64,000 bases of DNA from Macrostomum lignano (Eukaryota): contig NIVC01000212.1 of assembly GCA_002269645.1 (NCBI GenBank), positions 434,001 to 498,000 of the forward strand, given 5' to 3'. The translations under genes and the position numbers were made by a program. Numbering within the stretch: the first letter of the stretch is position 1; every line of letters begins with the position of its first letter. The notes below the pieces were generated by a model. It searched no databases. It was not told where the DNA came from and saw only the letters and a list, made by a program, of their open reading frames with translations. Of this stretch, positions 38,396-51,292 are shown in pieces.

Positions 38396-38974
38396 CTATA
38401 GACTGAAAGAGCACTCACTATATGCGGTCCTAGAGAGCGACGGATGCACAGCTAAAATAAAATTTTTAATGGCCTCCCTTAGCAACCCTATAAAAGTGCA
38501 ATAAAAGTGGTAGAATTGGCGGAACTCAAACTCAGCATGTCGTACTCAACCAGGATTTGCCGATTCCAATTATCCAAAAAATATACTTACCCGAAAAAAT
38601 GGTTAATTTGCAATTAAAGCAAGTTTCATAGAGCAGTATATTGCTGCTATTGAAATTTCATAAAAATTTCCCAATCGAGTAGATAATTAAGCTCCTGCAG
38701 GGGGGGGGATGGACAGAAGCCAGAGCTTGAGCACGAACAGTTTAAAAGATTTCAACTATCGGTCGCTTATAAAATAATTAGCATGGCAACAATGATTGAC
38801 AGGCTTTGTATTTTGCAGCACGCGATGTCAAACTGATTTCAGTTTAACAAAGTCACGTAATTAAAAATATAGGGGAGAATTATTTCAGGTGCCCAGACCC
38901 GTCTGACTACGTGATTTTATTGGATCTATTTATATTTCCTGGGCTCTTATCTCCCTGCATCTTTTAGTCCCTGC

Positions 38975-39330
38975 ATATCAGTCACTACATCTTCTATCTA
39001 GTCACTTGCATCTCATATCTAGTCACTAACTAATATCTAGTCCCTTAATCTCACATCTAGTCATTTGCAAATTATATCTAGTCACTTTAATCTTATATCT
39101 ATCGCCTCTATCTCATCTAATCACTTCCATCTCATATCTATAGTCGATCTCATATCTAGTCACTAACTAATATCTAGTCCCTTAATCTCATATCTAGTCC
39201 CCTTATCTGATATCTAGTCCCTTTATCTCAAATCTAGTCCTTACATATCATATCCAGTCTTTACATGTACATCTCATAGTCATTAGAATTCATCAATTCC
39301 CTACATCTCATACCCAATCTATCTCAAATT
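38975..39330. repeat. Decayed catatctagtc repeat
   Basis: Recurring atatctagtc core. Confidence 0.7.
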
Positions 39331-39580
39331 CCAAAGTATCTCTTCTCAAACACCTACAGGCCAGTAACAGATAAAACATCAGTATTTTCAATCTTTACAC
39401 TTTCATCACGGTTACTTGACTTGTAGCAAAGAACAGAAAAGACGTCCGTGATAAACTGCAGGAATCTGTTGCAGAAGTGTGCGTGTTATTAGTCCCATTA
39501 GCCACTCGATTAATGGACTCGTTGAAAATGTCGATAATTTATTTTGTCTGCTCAAAGAGATTTATATTTGTTTGTCAGCG

Positions 39581-42500
39581 TCAGCCCAGCATGCAGGCTG
39601 TGCGGCCGATTCGACAGCGCTTTCGAATTTGATTGACAGCTCGGTCGGCTGCCTCGTTGGCTCTCTCCTCTTTGTCCAGTTGTTCATCCTCTCGCAGGTT
39701 GGCCAGCAGTTGGCGAAGTTGCATCAACCAGTGCGGATTTTTTTTGCTAACGGGCTGCACAATCACCGCCTCGATGCTAGCCGGTGCAGCCACGCTCGCT
39801 GGGGTGTCAGGCGTGTTAGGTAAGGGTCAGAGGGATGTGTCAGATAATTACTCGTATCATTAAATGTGTCAGAATTTGTTTTTTTCAGGTGTCAGATGTT
39901 AGTGATTAGGTGTCAGATGTCAGTGATTGGGTGTCAGATGTCAGTGATTGGGTGTCAGATGTCAGTGATTGGGTGTCAGATGTTAGTGATTGGGTGTCAG
40001 ATGTTAGTGATTGGGTGTCAGATGTCAGTGATTGGGTGTCAGATATCAGTGATTGGGTGTCAGATGTCAGTGATTGGGTGTCAGATGTTAGTGATTGGTG
40101 TCAGATATCAGTGGTTGGGTGTCAGATGTCAGTGATTGGGTGTCAGATATCAGTGATTGGGTGTCAGATGTCAGTGATTGGGTGTCAGATGTCAGTGATT
40201 GGGTGTCAGATGTCAGTGATTGGGTGTCAGATGTTAGTGATTGGGTGTCAGATGTTAGTGATTGGGTGTCAGATGTCAGTGATTGGGTGTCAGATGTCAG
40301 TGATTGGGTGTCAGATATCAGTGATTGGGTGTCAGATGTCAGTGATTGGGTGTCAGATGTTAGTGATTGGTGTCAGATATCAGTGGTTGGGTGTCAGATG
40401 TTAGTGATTAGGTGTCAGAGGTCAGTTATTGGGTGTCAGATGTTAGTGATTGGGTGTCAGATATCAGTGGTTGGGTGTCAGATGCTAGTGATTAGGTGTC
40501 AGATGTCAGTGATTGGGAGTCAGATGTCAGTGATTGGGTGTCAGATGTCAGTGATTGGGTGTCAGATGTTAGTGATTGGGTGTCAGATGTCAGTGAGTGG
40601 GTGTCAGATGTCAGTGATTGGGTGTCAGATGTCAGTGATTGGGTGTCAGATGTCAGTGATTGGGTGTCAGATGTCAGTGATTGGGTGTCAGATGTTAGTG
40701 ATTGGGTGTCAGATGTTAGTGATTGGGTGTCAGATGTCAGTGAGTGGGTGTCAGATGTTTGTGATTGGTGTCAGATGTTAGTGATTGGGTGTCAGATATT
40801 AGCGATTGGGTGTCAGATGTCAGTGATTGGGTGTCAGATGTCAGTGGTGAGTTATCAGACGCGACAGCTGAAGTGTCAGATATGATAAATGCAGTGTCAG
40901 ATATAAGAGATTAAGCTACATTAGTCGAACAGATGGCCCAACGCTGCATAGTCTGCAGTCCCAGTTTTAGGCTAACTCGCACGCGCAAATCAGATTCAGT
41001 GAAAAGGATTTTGTGCACTTTCTTTTCGAGCATAACGTAGCGAAACGTTCTACAAAGTTATGTTGTACAGCCAGTCCTTGAGACATATTTTTTTCAAATT
41101 TCCCTGGATAAAAAGGGGAAGAGGGATAAGGAGGATCAATAGCCGATGAGGCTACCGATCTTTCCCGGAAGCTGAATGCTTTTGTCCTTCGCTGGACTTC
41201 ATGCTATCAGATTGCTTGCGGAATTGTTAATGACAGTCGGTTTGGCGTGCAGAGGACCGCAAATAGCTCGTATGATACGGCTGCACGGATACAGCAGTTC
41301 ATATGCTGCGACCGCAAAGTTAGACAACTTCGTAATTGAGGTTGGAATGAAATTTAGTGCTACAGTGGAGTTGGACAGATTTAGCATGCATAACTTGAAG
41401 TGAGAAAGGACTGGAGTTGAGAGGAATGGAGAGACGAGTGGATAGAGAGATTGAAGGGAGAGATAAAGGCAAATTTTGAAGGATATATAGTATGACAGAC
41501 AATTGGAAGGAAGACAGACAGACAGAAAGGAAAGTAGACGGGAGACAGATAGAGAGAAACGAGACAGACGGACAGGAAGGCAGACAGCAATGCAGACAGG
41601 AAGGCAGACAGCAATGCAGACAGGAAGGCAGACAGGAAGGCAGACAGGAAGGCAGACAGCAATGCAGACAGGAAGGCAGACAGCAATAGAGACAGGAAGG
41701 CAGGCAGCAATGGAGACAGGAAGGCAGGCAGCAATGGAGACAGGAAGGCAGACAGGAAGGCAGGCAGGCAGGCAGACAGCAATGGAGACAGGAAGGCAGA
41801 CAGCAATGCAGACAGGAAGGCAGACAGCAATGCAGACAGGAAGGCAGACAGCAATGCAGACAGCAATGCAGACAGGAAGGCAGACAGCAATGCAGACAGG
41901 AAGGCAGACAGCAATGCAGACAGGAAGGCAGACAGCAATGCAGACAGGAAGGCAGACAGCAATGCAGACAGCAATGCAGACAGGAAGGCAGACAGCAATG
42001 CAGACAGGAAGGCAGACAGCAATGCAGACAGGAGGGCAGACAGCAATGCAGACAGGAAGGCAGACAGCAATGCAGACAGGAAGGCAGACAGCAATGCAGA
42101 CAGGAAGGCAGACAGCAATGCAGACAGGAAGGCAGGCAGCAATGCAGACAGGAAGGCAGGCAGCAATGGAGACAGGAAGGCAGGCAGCAATGCAGACAGG
42201 AAGGCAGACAGCAATGCAGACAGGAAGGCAGACAGCAATAGAGACAGGAAGGCAGACAGGAAGGCAGACAGGATGAGACACTACAAAAAGGTTAGCAGAG
42301 GTACAATCTGTGATTCTGGATACAGATAATGGGAATAATCAGTGAGACTGACAAGCAAAGATCTCGTGGCGATCAGCTGCCTCACCAATCAAAAGCATGA
42401 CCTTGGAACAGTGGCTTTCTTTGAAAAAATTCAGAAAGGAAATCAAGGCTGAATTGAACGCGAGAGGTCAATAGAGGAATATTGCCAACTAACAATGAGC

Positions 42501-42600
42501 TAAGTGTTTTACCTGCGAATTGAGGATAGGCCCAGCAGACACTGTTGAGCAGAGCTGACACACAGATAACTGTCGCTAGACACAGCTGACACACAGCCAT
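39581..42600 (-). CDS. Secreted peptide precursor (101 aa), candidate neuropeptide
   Basis: Exon 1 42600-42513: MAVCQLCLATVICVSALLNSVCWAYPQFA, donor CAG|GTAAAA, phase 1. Exon 2 39798-39581: branch-like cctaac plus ccccag acceptor, phase 1. Ends ...NQIRKR-CRIGRTACMLG*. Confidence 0.72.
39888..40850. repeat. 21-bp minisatellite (gggtgtcagatgtcagtgatt)
   Basis: About 45 units in the precursor intron. Confidence 0.96.
41510..42275. repeat. 24-bp minisatellite (gacaggaaggcagacagcaatgca)
   Basis: About 30 units in the precursor intron. Confidence 0.95.
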
Positions 42601-43106
42601 AACCTCAGCCTGTCTCTTTGGTCACTGATGCTCGAAAATATGCCAGCAGTAAGTGACTGCAGACAGTGGGTGTTGACTCGCCTAGCAACGAGTCGGTTAA
42701 ATAGCTTGCCCCCGCGGAGCAGCTGACGATTGGCCCATCTCAGTGCTCGGGCCACCCACGCTGTAGGGGAACTGCAAGCTCTAGATTAAGAATCCACCAA
42801 TCCCATTAATTAGCAGACTTTGCTGCCGCTTGAAATTCCTCTGGGCCTTAAAGGGCTTGGCAAAAAATTCTTTTTGACCGATTTTGAGCACGAATTCTCG
42901 CCATTCAAGCTTTTAATTAGTTCCAAATTCTTGAAAACATGCGTGCGACAAGCAGCTGTTTGGTCTGTGTTTTGCATCCTTGATTAGCATTGTCTGACTG
43001 CGGAAGGACTGTTGATGGTCGTGACATTGACGGAATTGACTGGGTAATTTGTCAAGATGAAATTGTGACTAATTGTGACTAATTGTTACTAATGGCTAGG
43101 ATAACA

Positions 43107-43226
<120 letters not shown>

Positions 43227-44510
43227 CGTACTTGTTCTATTGTTGCTCTGTTGCAATTTCTGCAACAAGCGAATTATCTTCAGCACTGCAATTAGATTAA
43301 CGGGAAAAATAAAATCGAAATAAACAGTCAGCTTGTGCCTCCTAATATTATCCAGTCAAATTTAATTACTTTTCTGAGCACTTGGCCAAAAGGCAAAACT
43401 GCAGTATAATAAATAAAATTTAAAACAAAGAACTGAGCTGAGGTCCTCAGTCGATAAGTGATTCTGATGGCGGTTGCAATGTCCCCCATAAAACGGACTT
43501 CGTGCTTTTAGTTGCTGGGCTGCCATTTCAATTCGTTTCTTAGTTCCCGTGTGCGTGAGCCCCCCCCCCACTGTTTGCTGCTGTCCCGCTTGTCCTTCCC
43601 ATTGAAACTGGGAAATTCCTGCTTTGCCTGTCTCCTTGGATTTCGCCCTGCTTAGCCAGTCCGTCAGCCCGAACTGCCTATGCATTATCGTCGCGAGAGA
43701 GCGTCTCCCAGCCATGGCAGGAGCAGAAACTTATTTCAAAGTGAAGTCTCACCCACGCATGCTAGAGGCAACAACTTAGCAACTCTTGGCATTTTTGGGG
43801 TTGGCTCAAGGCGAGTTTAAACTAGACTTCTGGAGTCATTCTTTGTACACTATACGTGTTTGTATTTTTTGAGAAGTTGAGCATTCAGTGTAAGACACGG
43901 CCAATCATATTCAACGGCCATATGCTTCAACAATTGTCTATGGCCAAAACCATGAATGGGTGCAGATATCGTCTGGTGAACTCTCCAGCTCTCTCCAGTG
44001 CCCATGTGCCACAGATAATTATATTAGACGGTGTTTTGACCATAGACGAAAGTAGAAACAGAAGCTACAGACATCTTTCAGGGGGATAAACAACTTTTTG
44101 TACATAGAGCCTAGGAATTTTCATTATTACTGGCAGGCGAAATGCCGTGTGGTAAATATCGTAGAGACCCACCCTAATTATTAGCCTTCTTTTAAGTTAC
44201 TAATTTTGCATTAACCAGCTCACAAGTCAGGGCTAAGAGTATCTAACGCATCGGGGAATGAAGTTGACAAGCCAGGTCTCCTATAGTTGAAGATCGCCTT
44301 GGATTATTTCTCTACGCACCGTCTTTTTGGAGTTGGTTTGGAGGTGGAGGCAGTCAGTGGACAGCTGAAACTGAAACTGTGTGCAGAGTTGGATCGCCCT
44401 AATAAATTAACTCAACTAACGACTACTTAGCTTACTTTAGAGAGGCTTCTGTGACCCACCTAGCAACTACTTGAAGCTACTTGGGGAGAGAATTTAGCCT
44501 TCGTAAAACA

Positions 44511-46011
44511 ATGCAGCAAGCTGTACGCATCCGCCTGTTGGAATGCGGCGTCTGCTTAGATGAGATACAGGAGCCGCGAGCTCTCGACTGTTTGCACAGC
44601 TTCTGCCTGCGCTGCCTCCGAGGCCTACCCGGGGCTGACCAGGCCCGACTGTCATGTCCGCATTGTCGGCGTGTGACACGGAAACAGCCGGGAGAGCTGG
44701 AGAAAGACTTTCGCATTGAACAGGTGAGCGACAATTGTACTGTTTAACTTGGCTAGTGACTGCTTGATCGGATTATAAAGGCCCATCTCTCACATGGAGC
44801 AGTAAGATGATGCAATGCTGTAGTAAGACTATTGCTGTAGTTAGCCTTAAGGTTCGTTAAAAACGAGGTTGAAACGCACTGCAGACCGCTTGCTAAGAAT
44901 GTCTATGGCCAAAAGACCATTGAGTTTCGCTGAACCGAGGTTGAAAGAGGCTGTTTCTCCTACTTCTGTAGCTACGAGCTTGTATTTCTATTTGTCAAAG
45001 CCTCTTTGGCTACATGTAGCGGATACAGCTGCAGCCGCAGATGCAACTGGGAGAGGTGCTCGACTGATATCAAAGAAAACACCTATTTCAATGACGTTGA
45101 CTTTCCCAAAATAACTCTCAACAACGCGCAGAAAAATGTTGAGTGAATTGAAGCAAAAGCGCTAATGTACCAGTTATTAATTTTCAAAATGTCGTACTGT
45201 TGTTTTCGTCTAGCTTATGTTGTTGTTTTCTGATGTTTGTTAACTGTTGTTGTAGTTGCGTTTCTGTTGTTGTTATTGTTGTTGCCACTGTTGTTGCTTT
45301 GTTTACTGTTTTTTTACTTCTGTTCTTGGTTCAACAAAAGCGTTGAATTGATTTTTAGTCACCTCTCCTTCGTAGGTGCGCGAGATGAAGCCGCTGGTTG
45401 TCCGCGGCCTCGAGCAGCTCAGCGCCGAGGCCACCACCCGGTCCAGCGAGATTCTGGCCAGCCTCATCGAGGAGGGCCACCTCAGCGGCGTCATCGCCGA
45501 GTGCGACCGTCAGTTGGCGCTCCTAGACGACGACGAGACGGAATTCGACGCGGCATTTCGGCGCCACATGCGGCGCCTGGAACTGGCTACCAGGCGGCAC
45601 AGAGCCGACCTCACGTCGCAGATCGATCGGCGACGTCGACAGCTCTTAGCTAGGCGTCGATGGGCCGCCGAGACGCTGGATTCCAGAGCCGCGGCCGCCG
45701 AGGTGTTGGACAGGGTTCGACGAGGCGAGCACGACTTGGTAGCCGGCCTGCTGCACCGCCTTCGGCCCGCCGTCGGGTCGGCCGGGGCGGCGCCGCCGCT
45801 GACGGAGCCGCGGCTGCCTGCCGGCGACGAGGGCCTCCGACGGCTCCGGCGCCTGCTGACCGAAGCTGCCTGTCGGCTGCTGGCCGACGATACCGAAGAT
45901 GATGGCGACATTGCCAGTGGCGATGAAAGTCGAATCGATGACGAAGAGAGGAGTCTGGAGGCTGCGCAAGCCGCGGTGACAAAGAAGGGCAGGGCGGACT
46001 TTGACGAGTGA
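44511..46011 (+). CDS. TRIM-type RING finger plus coiled-coil protein (~282 aa), putative E3 ligase
   Basis: Exons 44511-44723 and 45376-46011, phase 0. LECGVCLDEIQEPRALDCLHSFCLRCL...LSCPHCR is a C3HC4 RING; a helical heptad-rich region follows. Confidence 0.85.
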
Positions 46012-48033
46012 TGACGCAATTTATTCAGGCACTTAGCAAATAATATACTCTTAAATATTTAACCAGCAAGTATTCAAGGCTCAGTATGTACTTTAACATT
46101 TCTTCAATTGCCTCTAGTTAGCAGTGAGCTGAGCTATCTCCAGTGTCTGTCACAACGAGGACTTAAACAGAAAGACGGTTAATTGGGACCCTAAGTTTGT
46201 AAGAAAATATTTTAAGGCTGGTTTTACACTCAAAAAGTTATCATTATAGAAAAATCAACTTTTAAACAAACTCATGATCAAATGCTTGCATTTTTCTGGG
46301 AGAGCGGCCACATAGTAGCACAGCAACCATGATGTAGGCTGTTTACCTTGGATACCAAATTCGGCTTGATTCGTAAAGATCAGCGTAAATCCTAAGGCTG
46401 TCTGAAGCTGTCTAAACTTTAAACACCTCCAATGAGCTTGCGACGATATTGCCTACTATAAGAATTTCTATTGGCAAAAGACTGTTTTGATTAAATTCAG
46501 AGTCACCGAGACTGTCTACGGTACATGCTATCGTAACATGCTATAGCATGTACCGTAGATACATGCTTAGATTCCGTACATACATGCTATCGATCACTTG
46601 GGCTCACACTAGCTACTATGAATCGGGTTGCTCTGCAGAAACGAGCTCTTCAATTGACAACCAGGATACAATTACAGCCTGAAGTATCTTAATAATCTTT
46701 TACTGTTTAGTTTTGTTAATATTGAGCATGTACACTGTATATTGTTCATATCGTAGCGTTTGAAGACATTTTTTGTCATGTTTCATGTTTGGAGTCGAAC
46801 GACAAATCTACCAATTCTTCGCCCTCTATTTTGGGGATGCAAAAGCTTTTAAAATCCAAATCGGATTATAAACTGCTTTGTTTGAAATGCACTTCGCTTT
46901 ACGAGTATTGGCCATATATGGTAATAGCAGTGCAATATTCAAATCCATCTTCCGGGTGAGCAGATGTTTCAGTAATGTAGCCAACAAAAAGCCGTCTACG
47001 GGTTAACATCTCGCTCTCACACAGATGCACGCAATTCCTGGAAGCTGTCTAGGAAGAACTCGCCACTAAAAAAACGTTTTGTCGGATGAAAATCTCCAAG
47101 ACAAAGGCTTTATCCATATCAGGAGCGTATATGCATCGTTTTTTTCTAACTGCTTTTTCAAACCTTTCATTTTTATCACCCCAAAAATACACTTAACCGA
47201 TCGGCACCGCGCTGCATAGAACAATGCTGGACTACCTGTCAACTAAAAAACGCCATGATGAGAATTCCTTTTAGTTTTCGATAAGAACTCACGAGTGCAG
47301 GCTACATTTGAACGTTTTGAATTGGTGCGCCTGTCAAGTATTATTTTTGTTTAATTGGGCCCATCTTCAGATTGACAAAATTATAAGAACAGTGCGTTGC
47401 AGTTTTAGTTCTGCTATTAACACGAAGCAATTTAGTTTATTTTTAATGTACGAGTAGCTTTTAAAGTAGAATTAAGTTTAAGACTATTCTCTTTATTGCA
47501 GAATTAAAGGACAACGTAGGTTACCTACAATCGTGAAAGGATGAGATCTGGAAACATTCAATATTCAGGCAAACTGTAACTGATGATAAATGATTCTAGC
47601 ATCATCTTACCTTGAAGTAACTGTCTAATTTTTTGTTGTAATACTTGAAGTACATGTGTATATTAGTAGTGCTTTGGAATCGAATATTAAAATTCAATTA
47701 AATAGGGTATCTCTATATGAATTCAATCAGAAAAGTTAATAAATTATTTATAAAGTTACGATAAAAAACGATATAATAACAATAATTATATAATATTTCA
47801 ATATTTAGGTGATGATTTAGTCCTTTTTTAGTACATAATAAACAATAAAATATTGGCCACAACCGAAAGGTGAGTTTGATCTAAACCCATAATGTAAAAG
47901 CTAAGCACACTGGCTATTTAATGGCAAAAAATATCCCCATACTATGAAACAACTTTTCCAATCATGCGTGGATAAACTTAATCACAAAATATATAATTTC
48001 ATGATTTTCACTTTTTGTAAAAGCAAATGTCCA

Positions 48034-49481
48034 CTACACGCTACTATCAGCAGAGCTGTCAGCAGTAGTAGCGGCGGTTGTAACGCGAGAAGCGGTGCTG
48101 TTGCTGGTTGCAGCGGTGCAGACGCACTCCGTGGGGCCGTTGGACAGCACAGCCTCGTAGAAGACCCACAGGAGAAAGGCCAGGCCCAGGATTAGTGCTA
48201 AGCAGACAAGGGCAGCACGATAGCGTTTAACCAGGTGTAAAAACTGATTACCCGGGTTGCTAGGCCGGGGCAGTTGTCCTGCAGAAACGGATTCTTCTCC
48301 TAGTAGCAGCTCAACGTCCCCGTCGTCTGCGTTTGTTGTGTTATTGTTGATCCTCAACTGATGCGGCGGCTGACCTGATGAAGAAGCCGGAGGCTGCACC
48401 TCAGACTCGATAGAGGCGAGTAGAGCTCTTGTATTGCTGATGAACAATCGGCGATTGTCTGTTAAGGAAGCTGACTGTTGGGAGCCCGGCGGCTGGTGCT
48501 GCAGCATCGAGCGCAGCGTCTCGTGCAGATCGTTCAGCTCCCAGGTCAGACTCTTCAGACTGCGAACCAGCTCGTCTGGGGATTTTTTAACAAACAAAAC
48601 GGTGGAGAACAAATTTTACTGGAGGGGGCCGGGGCCGTTGAGAGTGAACTAGCGCATTTGCAAGTTAAGCGCAGCTGGATGCGGTTAGTACAGTAGCGAT
48701 GTACGCAGCTACTCGCATCACCCCTTTAGTTTACCAGCTGTTATTACCTACCGATCGATACACTTGTCTCTGGGTCTGTCTAGCATTCTGCCTCTCCGGT
48801 GTCGAGAATGGAGAGCACTTCATCTGTGAATGTTCAGGACAGGCTCACCTACCTCGACCTAAACCCGGACCTCTCCGCTCCAACGTTTTCAGAACCGAGA
48901 ACTTCTGCCAGCTCGTAAACCGTAAGGGCTACCGGACGAGCGACCATCCACCTCCTGCTGGACTCTCCGGAGGGGACCGCGCTGCGGACACTGGCAGCAA
49001 CCGGATCTCCCTGCGGGATACCGCAACACTAGCTGCCCGTGGTCGCCAGCTGGGTTAGCGGAATGGGCATTCAGGTGCCCGGAGCCCTGCAGCTAAAAGT
49101 CAAGTCAGCTAACTCCAAGACAATCCAATAATTAATACTCATTCTAAGGGTTATACCCCTAACACCATAACTTTGCGTACGTCGTCACAGGTTACCCGGT
49201 GCGAATTGCGGCAACAAAAAACCGGCCTGGGCCAAAATGTCATCAACCTTTGCAGCAGGTCCATGGGCAGGCAATAGTTTCCAACGCTTACCTGTAAGCC
49301 ATCTGAACTCGTCCTGCAGCAAATCAGCTGGAACCGCGTCCGCAGCCCTGTCGCCGTCTCCATGCTCATGAGAATCAGCAGATTTAAGCGCTCTCCATCG
49401 ATCGAAGCTTCTCTGCAACGCTTTGAGCTTCTCCTCCAGAGCCTGCTGGTCTACAGAAAATGGATCAGTTTCTTGGTCCAT
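48034..49481 (-). CDS. Syntaxin-6/10 N-terminal (Habc) domain membrane protein lacking a SNARE motif (~243 aa)
   Basis: Exons 49481-49292 and 48575-48034, phase 1. MDQETDPF...FDRWRAL...FRWLTDELVRSLKSLTWELNDLHETL...RRLFISNTR parallels STX6 EDPF...FQRW...[24 protein letters not shown]...RKAFITSTR. One TM segment, AALVCLALILGLAFLLWVFY. Confidence 0.8.
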
Positions 49482-50724
49482 TCTTTTTCCTGCAGTAAAT
49501 ACCTTAGACCAGTAACACAGTTGGGTTAGCGTTTTATCGGCTATAGTGAGACACCATATATCTACGTGCATTTACAGAAATGAAATCAAAAGGTCTTATT
49601 AATCAGCCAAGTTAAACCTTATCTATCAATGATATGTGCTGGCAGCGAGTCCATTTGTTGGTGCTCTCTACCTTGTGCTTGCAATTTCAACCGTATTTTT
49701 AAAGCACAAGTACAATCGCTGCATATTTATTAAAAATCTGCAGTAGATTTTTAGTAGTTTCACACCAGGGAGCGCGGGCGCAATGAACAGATTCTTACTT
49801 TTAATTTTTTCCGAGTTATTGTACAAAAGCAAAAGACTTACATTTGTAGAAACACTGGAAGGGACCTCAAAATGTCTTTCTTCATTTTGCTTTTCAATAA
49901 TCGGCACAAATTTCATTATTCTATGGCTTTACCCCGAGTCAGGCTTGCAGCCAAGCCAAGTTGACAACCAAGCCAAAAAGTTGATCATTCTCATTTGGCA
50001 GCAGTAGATTTGGTCTTGCCCATAGACATAACATCGACGGGAAAAGGCAATCAAACTGATTATTCGGCCATAGACATTGCCACAAAGAATTAGGACGCCG
50101 GCAGCAAACCAGTTGAAATACAGACAACACTATGAACGACTATAAAAGTCCCACTCGTCACGGCGCATACTACACAATCTACCATTCGTCGTCTATTGTC
50201 CGAAGTACATGTAAGTAGCTTCCAAGAAGTACCCGTCTGTTATCTTAAGCTTTATAAAATTGGTCCATGGTAAAAGTTGTCCATGGGCGCACAGCGGCCC
50301 TGACTGGGGAAAAGTCGTGTAATACATTACACGATTCTCCAAAATAACAGAATCAAGGGCATTCGCTAATCAGCCTATCTGCTAAAAAACTGAATCAATG
50401 GAAAAATTGTTTTCTTTTTTTCGCAAGAAAATTCGCAAAAAAATACTATTATCTGTTTAGTCTTTATTCAAACTGCTGTGTAAATGAGTAAACAACGCAC
50501 TGATGTACATGTACATAGAATGCATGAAAATTGGATGAAAATGCAATGGGAAAAACAATTTGAACTGCAGATTTAAATTTTTTTGTACTTACTACTAAAA
50601 TGTTACTACTGCAAGTAAGAGGAGTAGGAATCTATCTAGAACGTCTTAAATAGATAAAGCGGAAACAATGCAATTAAATAAAAACAAAAACACAGTAAAT
50701 GCCAACTGAGATTGCACTCTTGTC

Positions 50725-51292
50725 ACTTTAGGGAATTTGTTTGGGGAATTAGTCAATCTGAAAGAGTTCATTCAGAGAATTAGTCACTCTGAGGGAACTC
50801 ATTCGAAGATATTAGTCACTCTCAGAGAATTCATTCGGGTGAATTAGTCAAATTAAGAGGAGAATTCATTTGAGGAATTAGTCATTTTAAGAGGAGAATC
50901 AATTTGGGGGAATTAGTCACTTTGAGAGGGGAATTAATTTGGGAAATCAGTCATTTTAAGAGTAGAATAAATTTGGGGGAATTATTCACTTTAAGAGGGA
51001 ATTCATTTGGGGAATCAGTTATTTTAAGTCATTCAATCATTTGGGCGAATTAGTCATTATAAGAGGGGAATTCATTTGGGGTATTAGTCAATTTAAGAGG
51101 GAATTCCTTTGGGCGAACTAGTTGTTTATAAGAGGGGAATTCATTTAAGGAATTAGTCACTTTAGGAGGGGAATTCATTTGGAGGAATTAGTCACTCTAA
51201 AAGGGGAATTAGTCACTCTAAAAGGGGAATTAGTCACTCTAAAAGGGGAATTAGTCGCTCTAAAAGGGAATTAATCCTGGGGGAATTAGTCA
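50725..51292. repeat. ggggaattagtcactctaaaa (21-bp, and ~32-bp degenerate) repeat abutting the CNTD1 stop
   Basis: Recurring gaattagtca core. Confidence 0.88.

Noticed and set aside
42382-42512. Continuation of the signal-peptide ORF as a single-exon protein
   Set aside because: A phase-matched donor at 42512 and the precursor-like exon 2 explain it better; the read-through has no recognisable features.
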